From contig JAFXAC010000059.1 in the NCBI GenBank assembly GCA_017522125.1, positions 1-58,650 on the forward strand: 58,650 nt of DNA, read 5' to 3'. The first letter of the stretch is position 1; every line of letters starts with the position of its first letter. Shown here one piece after another: positions 35,374 to 45,289 of the stretch. The notes beneath the pieces were generated by a model. That model did not search any database. It was not told where the DNA came from and worked only from the letters and a program-made list of their open reading frames with translations. The translations under genes and the position numbers were made by a program. The DNA is from Clostridia bacterium (lineage in GTDB: Bacteria > Bacillota > Clostridia > Oscillospirales > CAG-272).

Positions 35374-36066
35374 TTAAATTCCGCGCAACTCCACCGAGCC
35401 GACGCTTCCTCTTACGATATCGGCAAAACGCTGCATTTGATGCTCATCAAATCCGCTCATTCCCTCGCCTATAAGCGCGCCCGAATCGACGAAATTCTGA
35501 ATGAAATATCTCCTCGCTCCGCGGATAAAATCTGCAATTTCCGAGAACGCCTCCTCGTTGTGAAGCGGAGCAACGGCGGTGGTGCGGAACTCGTAATCCA
35601 CGCGCCCCTCAAGCAAGAGCGCGACCGAGGCGCGCACGCCCGACACGTCAAAGCCCGAAATTCCCACGGTCTCGGGATAGCGTGCGGGAGAATTTTTGAT
35701 ATCCATCGCAACGTAATCGCAAAGCCCCCTGTCGATTATGGAGCGAAGTCTGTCGGGGTGTGTGCCGTTGGTGTCGAGCTTTATCGCGTAAGCGTCAAGC
35801 TCGCGCACGCGGGCGAGAAAATCCTCGGCGTCCTGCCAAAGCAGAGGCTCGCCGCCCGTAAGCACCACTCCGTCGAGAATTCCCTTTCTTTTATTAAGGA
35901 AGGAAAAAATTTCGTCAATATCCACGGGCGTGGCGTTTGGCGAAAGAACGAGCGAGGAATTGTGGCAAAAGGGACAGCGCAGGTCACAGCCGCCCGTAAA
36001 AATCGTGCAAGCGACCTTCCCGGGAAAGTCAAGCAGAGTCATTTTGTTAAAGCCTTGAATATTCAT
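35374..36066 (-). CDS. nrdG: Anaerobic ribonucleotide reductase activating protein (radical SAM)
   Basis: CDLRCPFCHN cluster motif near the N-terminus. About 230 aa. Start at MNIQGF (ATG at 36066), not the ORF-track start at 36126. Confidence 0.88.
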   Translation of the reverse strand: MNIQGFNKMTLLDFPGKVACTIFTGGCDLRCPFCHNSSLVLSPNATPVDIDEIFSFLNKRKGILDGVVLTGGEPLLWQDAEDFLARVRELDAYAIKLDTNGTHPDRLRSIIDRGLCDYVAMDIKNSPARYPETVGISGFDVSGVRASVALLLEGRVDYEFRTTAVAPLHNEEAFSEIADFIRGARRYFIQNFVDSGALIGEGMSGFDEHQMQRFADIVRGSVGSVELRGI

Positions 36067-36094
36067 TTGCCGTCTCCTTTTGTGATGTAAGAAT

Positions 36095-36123
36095 ATTATA
36101 CCCCGAAACGCGCGGCGTGTCAA
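36095..36123 (-). promoter_or_regulatory. Sigma-A type promoter of nrdG (TTGACA-17-TATAAT)
   Basis: On the minus strand, TTGACA (36123-36118) and TATAAT (36100-36095). No NrdR-like box is visible here. Confidence 0.55.
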
Positions 36124-36238
36124 CACCTTTTTTGAAAGTTTTTGTTCCTTTTTCGGAATTTTCTTTGTATTAGTGTTTTTCTTTTTGCGGTTTATGAAAA
36201 TATTTTTCCGTTTTCGGAAAATTTATTTCAAAAAGCTA

Positions 36239-36267
36239 TTGACAAGTCGCCGCCGCGGTTGTATAAT
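36239..36267 (+). promoter_or_regulatory. Sigma-A type promoter of recA (TTGACA-17-TATAAT, TG-extended)
   Basis: Perfect consensus hexamers at 36239-36244 and 36262-36267. Confidence 0.65.
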
Positions 36268-36323
36268 GTATTCAACACGCTACTAAAAGCTTAAAAACGA
36301 TTATATAAAAAGGAAAATATCAA

Positions 36324-37424
36324 ATGAAAGCTACGAAAAAGACCGCGGCTGTAACTCCCGCCGCTGATTCCTCCGAAAAGAAAAAAGCACTTGCCACCGC
36401 ACTCTCGCAGATACAGCGCGACTTCGGCACGGGCGCGGTAATGCGCCTCGGTGAGAACGCGCAGATGGAGGTGCAGGCAGTTCACACGGGCTCTATATCC
36501 CTTGACCTTGCCCTCGGTATCGGCGGACTTCCCCGCGGACGAATCGTTGAGATATTTGGCCCTGAATCCTCGGGTAAGACCACCGTTGCACTGCACGTTG
36601 TGGCAGAGGTGCAAAAGGCGGGCGGAGAGGCAGCCTTCATCGACGCGGAGCACGCGCTCGACCCCGTTTACGCAAAGGCACTCGGTGTTAATATTGACGA
36701 TCTTCTCGTTTCCCAGCCCGACTGCGGCGAGGACGCGCTTGACATAACCGAATCCCTCGTGCGCTCGGGCGCCGTTGACATCATCGTAATAGACTCCGTT
36801 GCCGCGCTCGTTCCCCGTCAGGAGATCGAGGGCGATATGGGCGCGTCGCAGGTCGGCGTTCAGGCACGCCTTATGTCGCAGGCAATGCGCAAGCTCTCCG
36901 CCGCCATTTCAAAATCCAACTGTATCGTCATCTTTATAAATCAGCTTCGTGAAAAGGTCGGCGTAATGTACGGCAACCCCGAGGTAACGACGGGCGGTCG
37001 CGCGCTGAAATTCTATTCCTCGGTGCGCATCGACGTGCGCAAGTCCGAGCAGCTCAAAAACGGAAACGACATCTACGGAAACCGCGTAAAGTGCAAGGTC
37101 GTCAAGAACAAGGTCGCGCCTCCCTTCCGCACCGCGGAGTTCGATATTCTTTACGGCAAGGGAATCTCCCGCGCGGGCGAGCTTGTCGATATGGGTGCCG
37201 CACTCGGCGTTATCAACAAGAGCGGCTCGTGGTTCTCCTACAACGGCGAGCGCATCGGTCAGGGCCGCGACAACGCACGCAAGGCACTTGAGCAGGACGA
37301 GGCACTTTTTGCCGAGATAGATGAAAAGATCCGCGCTATGAGCGACAGCATTGGCGACGCCGAGGTAGACGACGGCGATTTCGACCTTGACGACGATCTT
37401 GACATCGACCTTCTCGGTGAATAA
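36324..37424 (+). CDS. recA: Recombinase RecA
   Basis: Walker [10 protein letters not shown], the FIDAEHALD region, and L1/L2 loop regions. Acidic C-terminal tail. Confidence 0.97.
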   Translation: MKATKKTAAVTPAADSSEKKKALATALSQIQRDFGTGAVMRLGENAQMEVQAVHTGSISLDLALGIGGLPRGRIVEIFGPESSGKTTVALHVVAEVQKAGGEAAFIDAEHALDPVYAKALGVNIDDLLVSQPDCGEDALDITESLVRSGAVDIIVIDSVAALVPRQEIEGDMGASQVGVQARLMSQAMRKLSAAISKSNCIVIFINQLREKVGVMYGNPEVTTGGRALKFYSSVRIDVRKSEQLKNGNDIYGNRVKCKVVKNKVAPPFRTAEFDILYGKGISRAGELVDMGAALGVINKSGSWFSYNGERIGQGRDNARKALEQDEALFAEIDEKIRAMSDSIGDAEVDDGDFDLDDDLDIDLLGE

Positions 37425-38057
37425 ATGATAGAAATAAAAAGCTTCAGGGCAGCCGACGGCGGCTCTCTGATACTTTGCGAGATAAAAATATGCGACGAGG
37501 ACTGCAACGAAAAGCTCATATGCCGCCTCTTACCTGAGCAATACAAGGAGCTTCGGCTAAAAAAGGGTGAGATAAGCGAGGCCGTCCTTGCCGAAATTCT
37601 GGATGCCGACGAGCTGTGCCGCGCACTGCGCAGTGGGCGCTCCTCCCTTGCGCACTCCGCAAGTTCGGAGGCGGCGCTAAAGCAAAAGCTGCGAATGAAG
37701 GGCTTTTCGGCGCGAAGCGCCGAAGGGGCAGTAGAAATACTCGTTAGCGAGGACGCTATGACCGAGGATGAGGACGCCGCGCGTGAGGCGGAACGATGCC
37801 TTAAAAAGCTATGGGGCAAAAACCGAATCGCGGCGCATCTTCGCTCAAAGAGCTACCGCCGCGAATCCGTCGATCACGCGCTCCTCTCCATTGAATATAC
37901 CGATTTTTCCGTCGTCTGCCGCAGGGCGATAGAAAAAAAGTGGGGTTCTCTGCCAAAAAACACGGAGGACGCACCCACGGCGCGCGACCGCGCCGTAGCC
38001 GCGCTTTTGCGCCTCGGCTTTACGATGAGCGAGATAAACCAAGCGGCAAGGCAGTAA
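37425..38057 (+). CDS. recX: RecA regulator RecX
   Basis: The ATG directly abuts the recA stop (TAAATG). About 210 aa of repeated three-helix modules, consistent with RecX. Assignment relies largely on position. Confidence 0.7.
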   Translation: MIEIKSFRAADGGSLILCEIKICDEDCNEKLICRLLPEQYKELRLKKGEISEAVLAEILDADELCRALRSGRSSLAHSASSEAALKQKLRMKGFSARSAEGAVEILVSEDAMTEDEDAAREAERCLKKLWGKNRIAAHLRSKSYRRESVDHALLSIEYTDFSVVCRRAIEKKWGSLPKNTEDAPTARDRAVAALLRLGFTMSEINQAARQ

Positions 38058-38189
38058 AATCAAGAAATACTCTACAAGAATACGCAAAAAAGCTCGGCAG
38101 GGACGTTGTTTTCCCTGCCGAGCTATGTTATAATTTAATAAAAGAAAATCACCGCATTTCCCACCGCAGACTCTAAAGGAGAAGAAAAG

Positions 38190-38579
38190 ATGAAAAAGAA
38201 ATTATACTATGCAATTCCATTTATAGTCATTCCCGCACTGCTACTGCTGCTTGAGCTATTCGATAATTCGGGAATTATCGAGATGTCCCCCTACGTAATG
38301 GCGGCTTTCCTGATGGTTGCCTGCGCCGTCTTCGGATTTTTCTCATCCTCGGAGCATTTTTCCGATTATCTGTTGACTCTTATCCTACCACTCTCACTGT
38401 TTTGTTTTACGTTCATTGGGGGCTTTTTGGACGAAAACGACATTGGGGCCCGATTCAGCCTTGACCGCGCCGTCCAAGTATCATTTCAGCCCTTCTTTTC
38501 GCTGATGTACGCTTGCATGGCGGCAGTAACCTTTTTAACATCTATCAAAGCCTTTAGAAATCTCAAAAAACGAAATTAA
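38190..38579 (+). CDS. Small membrane protein, unknown function (4 TM segments)
   Basis: Hydrophobic 129-aa ORF with a GGAG RBS. No recognisable motif. Confidence 0.45.
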   Translation: MKKKLYYAIPFIVIPALLLLLELFDNSGIIEMSPYVMAAFLMVACAVFGFFSSSEHFSDYLLTLILPLSLFCFTFIGGFLDENDIGARFSLDRAVQVSFQPFFSLMYACMAAVTFLTSIKAFRNLKKRN

Positions 38580-38583
38580 AGCA

Positions 38584-38625
38584 ATCCCCCGACGTAAAAC
38601 ACTCCGTCGGGGGATCGTTATTTTA
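38584..38625. terminator. Bidirectional terminator
   Basis: ATCCCCCGACG-n10-CGTCGGGGGAT followed by CGTTATTTT, between convergent genes. Confidence 0.7.
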
Positions 38626-38631
38626 TAAAAA

Positions 38632-40560
38632 TCAAGAATTAAGCTCCTGCGATTTGAGTATGCGCGAGCTGTTTATCAGCACCGCAAACGCGCCCGCGTT
38701 GTGAAGCACCGAGCCTGCAAGCGCACTTATCACGCCAAAGGCGGACAGCGCGATCATCACAAGGCTGATGCTCATCGAAAGCGCGATGTTCTGATATATT
38801 ATCTTGCGCGTCTGCTTTGCAAGCTTTATCGCAAACGGAACGTTCATCAAATTGTTATTCATAAGGGCGATATCCGCCGACTGAATAGCAAGGTCCGAGC
38901 CCATAGCGCCCATTGCGATACCCACGCTCGCCTCGCGGAGCGCAAGCGCATCGTTGATGCCGTCGCCAACCGCAAGAACGCGATGCTCCTCGCCGCCGAG
39001 CTTTTGCATATGGGTGAGCTTATCCTGAGGCAGAAGCTTTGCGTGAAGCTCGTCGATGCCCACGCTGTCGCAAACGCTCCTTGCCGCCTCCTCACGGTCG
39101 CCCGTGAGCATAACGGTGCGCTCAACGCCGAGCCCCTTAAGCTCCGCAATACTCTTTGCCGCATTCTCGCGCGGCGTGTCGCCAAAGCACAAATAGCCAA
39201 GAAGCTGTTCCTTACGGGTAACGAAGCTGACGCTTCCCGCCTCACCCTTGCCCATCTCGGCAGGGATCTTATATCCGAGCGAGGAAAGCCACTCGCGGTT
39301 ACCGAATCTTACGGTAAGCTCGCCGCACTCGCCCTCCATACCGCTACCCGAAATCTCGCGGACGCTCATATCCGTGCGGTATTTGAGCTTTCCGTCCTTC
39401 TCGCACGCCGCGATAACGGCGCGGGAAACGGGGTGAGTAGATGCCGACGCGACGGACGCCGCCGCCTCAAGCAGCTCACGCTCGCCGATGCCGTCGACGG
39501 GACAAGCGCGAACGAGCGAAAGCTCGCCCACGGTGACAGTTCCCGTTTTGTCAAACACAACGGTATCTATCTCGGTGAGCTCCTCGATGAATTTCGAGTT
39601 TTTGATAAGCACGCCGCGCTTCGTCGCCACGGAGAGCGATGCTATCATCGGTGCTGACGAAACGAGCATCTGTCCGCAGGGGCAGGACACGACGAGGATG
39701 GCGATAGCCTTCGACACGTCAGCGCTGATGAGCGCCGCGCCCGCCGCGATAGCAAGCGCGAAGGGTATGTAGTACGCCATAAAGCGGTCGATTATTCGCG
39801 TTTCGGGAATGGTAATTCCCTCGGACTCCTCAAGGAGTCGAAGTATCTTTGAAAACGAGGTATCAACGTATTCCTTCGTTACCTCGACGACGATGCGGCC
39901 GTCAAGATTGACCGTACCGGCATAGACCTGCTCGCCTTTGCTTACAAAGAACGGCTGGGGCTCACCCGTCAGCGATTTCTGGTCGACGTGGCTCTCGCCC
40001 GACACGACGACACCGTCGATGGCGATGCCGCTACCCGGCTTTATCACGATCTTCTGTCCGAGCTTCAGCTCGCGTGCGTCGATAACGCTTTCCGTTCCGT
40101 CATCCGCAAGGAGAATGGCGGTGGTCTGCTGCATCTTTTTAAGTCCGTCGATAACGTCGCGGCCGCCCATAATGCTTCTTTCCTCTAAGAGATGCACCGC
40201 GTTGAGTATCAGCGGAATGAGCAGAGCAAGTATCAGGTCCTGATTGAAAACGCAGGCGATTATCGCAATGGCAACGAGTATCTCCATCGCGTTTTTGAGG
40301 TCGCGGGAGAAAATACCCTTGACTGCCGTTATCATAACGGGAACGCCCTCGATAAGAAAGCCGAGGAAGTACAAAAGCTGAGGGACGATGGTGTACGCGC
40401 CCTTGTAGATATAAGTGTAGATAAGTCCTACACCGAGGCACGAAAGCGATATCAGGGCGCAAACTATCTCGACTGCAAGCTTTTTCTTGCTTCTTTCGTT
40501 GAGATTGTCGCGCGACAGAGCCTCAAGGCTCTTTTTTCCTATATTATCTATATTTTCCAT
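38632..40560 (-). CDS. P1B-like (heavy-metal type) P-type ATPase without an N-terminal metal-binding domain
   Basis: TGE motif (LTGEPQP), TM6 SCPCGQ, phosphorylation site DKTGTVT, MLTGD and VGDGINDALAL. No GMxCxxC/HMA domain at the N-terminus. GGAGG RBS. Confidence 0.88.
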   Translation of the reverse strand: MENIDNIGKKSLEALSRDNLNERSKKKLAVEIVCALISLSCLGVGLIYTYIYKGAYTIVPQLLYFLGFLIEGVPVMITAVKGIFSRDLKNAMEILVAIAIIACVFNQDLILALLIPLILNAVHLLEERSIMGGRDVIDGLKKMQQTTAILLADDGTESVIDARELKLGQKIVIKPGSGIAIDGVVVSGESHVDQKSLTGEPQPFFVSKGEQVYAGTVNLDGRIVVEVTKEYVDTSFSKILRLLEESEGITIPETRIIDRFMAYYIPFALAIAAGAALISADVSKAIAILVVSCPCGQMLVSSAPMIASLSVATKRGVLIKNSKFIEELTEIDTVVFDKTGTVTVGELSLVRACPVDGIGERELLEAAASVASASTHPVSRAVIAACEKDGKLKYRTDMSVREISGSGMEGECGELTVRFGNREWLSSLGYKIPAEMGKGEAGSVSFVTRKEQLLGYLCFGDTPRENAAKSIAELKGLGVERTVMLTGDREEAARSVCDSVGIDELHAKLLPQDKLTHMQKLGGEEHRVLAVGDGINDALALREASVGIAMGAMGSDLAIQSADIALMNNNLMNVPFAIKLAKQTRKIIYQNIALSMSISLVMIALSAFGVISALAGSVLHNAGAFAVLINSSRILKSQELNS

Positions 40561-40569
40561 ACTGCCTCC

Positions 40570-41520
40570 TTACGCCAAGGGCTTGAGGAATATCTTCATC
40601 TCGCCGTCCTCGACCACGCGAACGTAAGCAAGCCGCTTCAAGAACGTGGTGAGCTTGTTGCTGTAGATACGCGCCTTGACGACGTCGGGGTTAGCCTCGT
40701 ATTCCTCAAGAACGCCCCAGAACTCGTAAAGCTCGGAATTTGCATTCGCGCTCTTTTCGGCAAGAGTGACCTTTGCCGAGGCTATCTCGTTGTTCGCGCT
40801 GGTGTTCGCGTTGGCAATGACCTTCGTGCGGTACTGCGCCGCCTCCTGAAGCATGGTCGCCGCCTGAACGGTGGACGAATTTACCTGCTCGTAGATGTCC
40901 TTGACCTCGGCGGGCATGGAAACCTGCGTAAGCTCAAGGGTGCTTATCGTGACGCCAACGTCCGCCGCCTTAAGCTTTGCCGCCGCGGTGTTGAGCACGG
41001 CAGAGTTGAAATCGTCCTTACCGTCGGTAAGCAGGCTGTCAACTCCGAGAGTTGCCGCCTCGGTTATCATTGCGTTGCTGACGCTCGCGTTGATAATGGA
41101 GCTTACGTCCGCAACGTGCAGAGCGTACGCAACGGGGTCGGAAATAACGTACTTGACCGACGCCGAGATCACGGCGATGTTCTGGTCACCCGTTATAACG
41201 TAGCCGCCGCTGCTGCCCGACATAATATTTCCGTCGGTGTAGTGGGTGGTAACGAGCTGCTCGATAACGCTGTCGGTGGGGATCATCACCACCTCGTCGA
41301 TTATGTAGGGGAAAGCAAGCAGAAGTCCGGGCTTGTGGACCTGCTCCTCGTAGCTGTCGCCGACTATCTCGCCAAAGCGCAGTATGACAGCCACGTTGCC
41401 GCTGTCGACTATCTTAAGTCCCGACAGGGCAATACATATCACGACAACGACGACGAGAATAATAAAATACTTCGTCAGCGTGCCGAGTATGTCGGCAAAA
41501 AGAGTCTTTTTCTTTTTCAT
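40570..41520 (-). CDS. SPFH/band-7 protein, HflK-like
   Basis: N-terminal TM segment. SPFH core (VAVILRFGE..., ITGDQNIAVISASVKYVISDPVAYAL) and a C-terminal coiled-coil region. Confidence 0.7.
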   Translation of the reverse strand: MKKKKTLFADILGTLTKYFIILVVVVVICIALSGLKIVDSGNVAVILRFGEIVGDSYEEQVHKPGLLLAFPYIIDEVVMIPTDSVIEQLVTTHYTDGNIMSGSSGGYVITGDQNIAVISASVKYVISDPVAYALHVADVSSIINASVSNAMITEAATLGVDSLLTDGKDDFNSAVLNTAAAKLKAADVGVTISTLELTQVSMPAEVKDIYEQVNSSTVQAATMLQEAAQYRTKVIANANTSANNEIASAKVTLAEKSANANSELYEFWGVLEEYEANPDVVKARIYSNKLTTFLKRLAYVRVVEDGEMKIFLKPLA

Positions 41521-41521
41521 A

Positions 41522-42619
41522 TCAGCTCTCTCCTGCGGCTATTTCGGGGATATCCACCTTTGCCGCCTCGGTGATAAGCTCACCGACCGCGGACACGAGC
41601 GCCTCCTTATCCTTTTCGGGAAGCTGAGTCAGAATGTAGCTGAGGTCGTAGATAACGCTCTCCTCGCCACCCGACGTCATGCTGTCGGAGTATTTCTCGA
41701 GGACGTTGAAGGGGTATTCGTTCATCTTAACGATAAGCACCGTGCGCTGATCCACGGCACCTATAACGGTATCAAGCTCCTTTAAGAACTTATAAAGGTC
41801 AAGGTTTGCGGACTGTGCGGCGGCGTATATCTTTGCGACCTCGGTCTCCGCCTCGGCAAGTATCTTTGCCGCCTCGGTAGTACCCTGCGCGACGATCTCT
41901 GCCGCCTCGCGGTCTGCCTCGGTGGTTATGTTGCTTGCCTCAAGGCGTGCGGCGGCAAGGATAACGTCGATGTCGGTCTGACGCTCCTGACGCATCTGGT
42001 CAAACACGCTCTCAAGGTTGGTGTCGGGGAGCGACAGACGCAGAATGCTTACGTCGGTAACGCTGATACCGTAGTTTTTCAGGCAGTTTTCCTTTACTCT
42101 TGCGAATATCTCGTCCTGGATCTGATTTATCTTTATCTGCTCCTTGTCAAGAGAAACTATGGACGTAAGCTCGTAGCCGCCAAGCACGCTGTTGGTCGCG
42201 CTGAACACCTGATCCCTGATATTGGTAGCGATAGAGCCGCGCGCGCCCACGCTGTTGTGGTAGAACACGGGGTCCTCTATCTCCCAGAGAACGTAGGACT
42301 GAATGATGATGTTTCGCTTGTCCTTGGTGGTCGTTTCAAGACGGTTGGACTCAAGATACTGAAGTCTTGCGTCGTACGTAACTACGCTCTCGAAGGGCCA
42401 CGGGAGCTTGAAGTAAAGTCCTGCCTCGGTTATCTCCTCGCGGACCGCGCCGAAGCGAAGAATGACGGCGCAATCGCCCTCTCTGACCTGCGTGGTGAAG
42501 CCAAACCAAACGAGAACGGCAACGACCGCAAGTGCTATAACGTATTTCATAACGGTAACGCCTACCGAGGAGCCTTCCTTTTTAGCCTTTACCTTGGGTT
42601 CTTTTATTTTCTTGCTCAT
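41522..42619 (-). CDS. SPFH/band-7 protein, HflC-like
   Basis: N-terminal TM segment. AVILRFGAV...GLYFKLPWPFESVVTYD and TKDKRNIIIQSYVLWEIEDPVFY, typical of HflC. Confidence 0.75.
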   Translation of the reverse strand: MSKKIKEPKVKAKKEGSSVGVTVMKYVIALAVVAVLVWFGFTTQVREGDCAVILRFGAVREEITEAGLYFKLPWPFESVVTYDARLQYLESNRLETTTKDKRNIIIQSYVLWEIEDPVFYHNSVGARGSIATNIRDQVFSATNSVLGGYELTSIVSLDKEQIKINQIQDEIFARVKENCLKNYGISVTDVSILRLSLPDTNLESVFDQMRQERQTDIDVILAAARLEASNITTEADREAAEIVAQGTTEAAKILAEAETEVAKIYAAAQSANLDLYKFLKELDTVIGAVDQRTVLIVKMNEYPFNVLEKYSDSMTSGGEESVIYDLSYILTQLPEKDKEALVSAVGELITEAAKVDIPEIAAGES

Positions 42620-42640
42620 TTTATATTCCTTTCACGCGGA

Positions 42641-44386
42641 TCATTCCGCCTCGACGTAATCGTTTGCGCTGGTAAAGTAGATGTTCGAGGTGTCTATTCC
42701 CTCGCCTACCAGAACGAGATCCGCGTTCTTGTATGCGGTGGTAAGTGCGTTGAGATATTTGTAATAGCGGTAATTGCCGGGGTACGCCTTATCCGCCGAA
42801 ACGCTTGCCATAAACTCGGCAACCTCGGAGTTGGCGGCGGCGATCCTTTGCAGCTTCAACGCCTTGTTTGCGTTGACGGTCTTGAGATATTCCCTTCTCG
42901 CCTCGGACTTGCGCACCTCTGCGGTCGCCTGCGCCGCAAGGATTATCTCCTGCGCCTGTATCTCGGCGCTTATCATCTGCTGATATATATCGGCAACGTC
43001 AACGGGGGGATGTATGCTTTCAAGCACGACTCCAACGACGGAAAGTCCCGTGCCGCACGCCGCCATCTCTGCCGTAAGCTCCTCGTGAAAGCTTGCCGAA
43101 AACGCCTGACGGTCGGTTGAGAGTATCGTGTTGAGGTCGGTGTTTATCGTTCTTTCGGTGATAAGCTCGTACGCCTTGGCGGTCAGTATCGACGCGGGCG
43201 AGGAGGAGCTTGCAAGGTACTGTCTGAGGTCCGCTATCTTGTATTCGATGCGAAGGTTTATCGCAACGACCTCGTTTCCGCTTCCGAGAAGGAGCTTATA
43301 CTCCTCGCTGTTATGTCCCTCGGTCCAGAGGTTGTCGGCGGTGGTGAGTGAGTCGTAGCCTATCGTCACCTTGTTTACCGTTTCGGTGTCGTATATCTCT
43401 ACCTTGTCAAAGGGCCACGGCAGAGTGAAGTGAAGTCCCGCGTCAAGCGTTTCCTCGCGCAGATGTCCGAGGCGGTAGACGGCGCCCTGCTGATTTGCCT
43501 CGACCATTACGATGCCCGTTGCGCCCCAGAAGATGAGCGCACAGCAGATTATCGCGGCGGGGACGAGCGCCTTGATGAACTTGATGCTCCACAGCGAGCG
43601 CATGGTCATTCCCGTATTTTCCTCAAGGTAGTCCATAACGCCGACGCCGCTTTCCTCGCTCGCCATATTGAACATGGGAACGGAAACGTCGGGAATATCG
43701 CTGAACTCACGGCGGATAAGCCTTGTCGCCATAGTTATCAGCATAAAGACGGATTGATAAACTATCTCAATCGCGGCGGCGATAGCGAGCCAAGCCGTAA
43801 GGTCGAAAAATCCGAGGAGCTTGAGCGTCATCGTGAGCGCGGAAAGCACGAGCGATATGCGGCAAACGCCGATAGCCGTGCGCAGATTGCGTATGACCGC
43901 GGCGCTGTAGCGGCTTGCGCCCTCGGCGGAATGCTTGCACCATTTATCGACTATGATAAACAGCACGAAGCACACGACCTCGGCAACGGGAAGCACGGCA
44001 CTGAGTGCATAGACCTCGCTCGTGGCACTGTAAGAGAGCCAGAACCAAATATTCGCGCCCGCGGTGAGCGCCACCGTAAATATCGCGGCGACCTTCGCGT
44101 GATAGATATTTGAAAGACCGACGAGGTCAAGTATCCTCCAAAGCACGCCGAGGACCGCATTCCTTGGCGGCTCGCTTGCCTTTTCCTTTCTCGGAAGCCT
44201 GCCGCACAAGAGCAGCAGAACGAGATTTACCGCCGCAGGCAAAAGCTGGCAGATGCCGAGCAGGAGAAGCGGCAGGTATTTTGAATACGAATAAAGCGCG
44301 ATATGCGCCACGGCTGACGCGGCAAGAAGCGCGGTAGCTACCACCGCCGACGCCGACGTCGCCATTGATTTCTTGACTTTTTTCAT
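42641..44386 (-). CDS. SPFH/band-7 domain protein with a ~280-aa polytopic (about 7 TM) N-terminal domain
   Basis: The C-terminal half carries an SPFH core (GAVYRLGHL...GLHFTLPWPFDKVEIYD). The N-terminal half consists of multiple hydrophobic helices with no recognisable motif. Confidence 0.7.
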   Translation of the reverse strand: MKKVKKSMATSASAVVATALLAASAVAHIALYSYSKYLPLLLLGICQLLPAAVNLVLLLLCGRLPRKEKASEPPRNAVLGVLWRILDLVGLSNIYHAKVAAIFTVALTAGANIWFWLSYSATSEVYALSAVLPVAEVVCFVLFIIVDKWCKHSAEGASRYSAAVIRNLRTAIGVCRISLVLSALTMTLKLLGFFDLTAWLAIAAAIEIVYQSVFMLITMATRLIRREFSDIPDVSVPMFNMASEESGVGVMDYLEENTGMTMRSLWSIKFIKALVPAAIICCALIFWGATGIVMVEANQQGAVYRLGHLREETLDAGLHFTLPWPFDKVEIYDTETVNKVTIGYDSLTTADNLWTEGHNSEEYKLLLGSGNEVVAINLRIEYKIADLRQYLASSSSPASILTAKAYELITERTINTDLNTILSTDRQAFSASFHEELTAEMAACGTGLSVVGVVLESIHPPVDVADIYQQMISAEIQAQEIILAAQATAEVRKSEARREYLKTVNANKALKLQRIAAANSEVAEFMASVSADKAYPGNYRYYKYLNALTTAYKNADLVLVGEGIDTSNIYFTSANDYVEAE

Positions 44387-44416
44387 TTTTTCGGGTATTA
44401 CCTTTCTTTTTGGGGA

Positions 44417-45277
44417 TTATGAATCCGCGCCGCCGCGATAAACGACGAGCGCTTCTTCAGCGAATATCTCGTTTCCTTCGGCAAGCTCCAAATGTGTAAA
44501 TTCAACGTCCGTTCCGCAGTAAGTCACCACCGCAAGCTCGGGGCAGGAGGTAAATGCGTTTTTGCGTACCTGCAAAAGCGTTTTCGGAACGACTGCCTCC
44601 TCCATAAGCACACAGCTTTGAAAAGCGCTCTCACCGATAAGCACAAGGCTGTCGCCGAGGTCAAGGTGAATGAGCTTGTTGCAGGCGGCAAACGCGCCCT
44701 TGCCGACCGTTAAAACGGAGCTGAGGTCGACCGCCTTCATCTGGCGCGTGGCAAACGCGCCGCCTGCGATATGCCTTACGCCGTCGGGCAGCTTGACGCT
44801 CGGTGACGTGCCGTTGTACCTTATAAGCACGCCATCACCCACTATCGCAAACTCGTCCGTCAGCGAGGCAAGCCACGGCGTGCCGTCAAAGGCGTTAAGA
44901 CCTACAGACCAGACCGCCTTGCCAAGCTCCACGTCCGAGAGGGCGCTACAGCCTAAAAACGCACCGTCACCGATAATTTCAAGGCTGTCGGGGAGCTTTA
45001 CCGAGGTGATATCCTCCCTGCCCTCGAAAAGCGAGGCGGCAAGCTCCACGACGGGCATTCCGTCAAGCTCACGGGGCAGCTCTATATTCCCCGCGCCGTT
45101 ATGGTCTATTATTATAACGCTTCCATCATCGTATTTTCGGTAGCCGATATCCGTGCCGTAGCGTTGGTCGCTGATGAGTACGCGCGATTTGAGCGAAAAC
45201 TCCTCGCGCGGGGCTTCACAGCCCGAAAAAAGCAAAATCGCGGCAAAAATTATAGCAAAAAGCTTGATCCTTTTCAT
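44417..45277 (-). CDS. BspA-type leucine-rich-repeat lipoprotein
   Basis: Lipobox LLFSGC. Repeated ...I.. AF..C..L..V.L units (LRR_5 type). Confidence 0.75.
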   Translation of the reverse strand: MKRIKLFAIIFAAILLFSGCEAPREEFSLKSRVLISDQRYGTDIGYRKYDDGSVIIIDHNGAGNIELPRELDGMPVVELAASLFEGREDITSVKLPDSLEIIGDGAFLGCSALSDVELGKAVWSVGLNAFDGTPWLASLTDEFAIVGDGVLIRYNGTSPSVKLPDGVRHIAGGAFATRQMKAVDLSSVLTVGKGAFAACNKLIHLDLGDSLVLIGESAFQSCVLMEEAVVPKTLLQVRKNAFTSCPELAVVTYCGTDVEFTHLELAEGNEIFAEEALVVYRGGADS

Positions 45278-45289
45278 TATCGCACCTCC

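Noticed and set aside
36127-36323. LexA (Cheo-box, GAAC-N4-GTTC) operator upstream of recA
   Set aside because: The nearest candidate, GAAAGTTTTTGTTC (about 36135-36148), has the wrong spacing (N6) and a mismatched half-site. No convincing SOS box was seen, so none is annotated.
38090-38125. Hairpin AGCTCGGCAGGGA-n7-TCCCTGCCGAGCT after recX as a canonical terminator
   Set aside because: The stem is strong, but no T run follows it in the recX direction (ATGTTATAAT follows). It may still act as a weak terminator or stabiliser, but I did not annotate it as a confident terminator.
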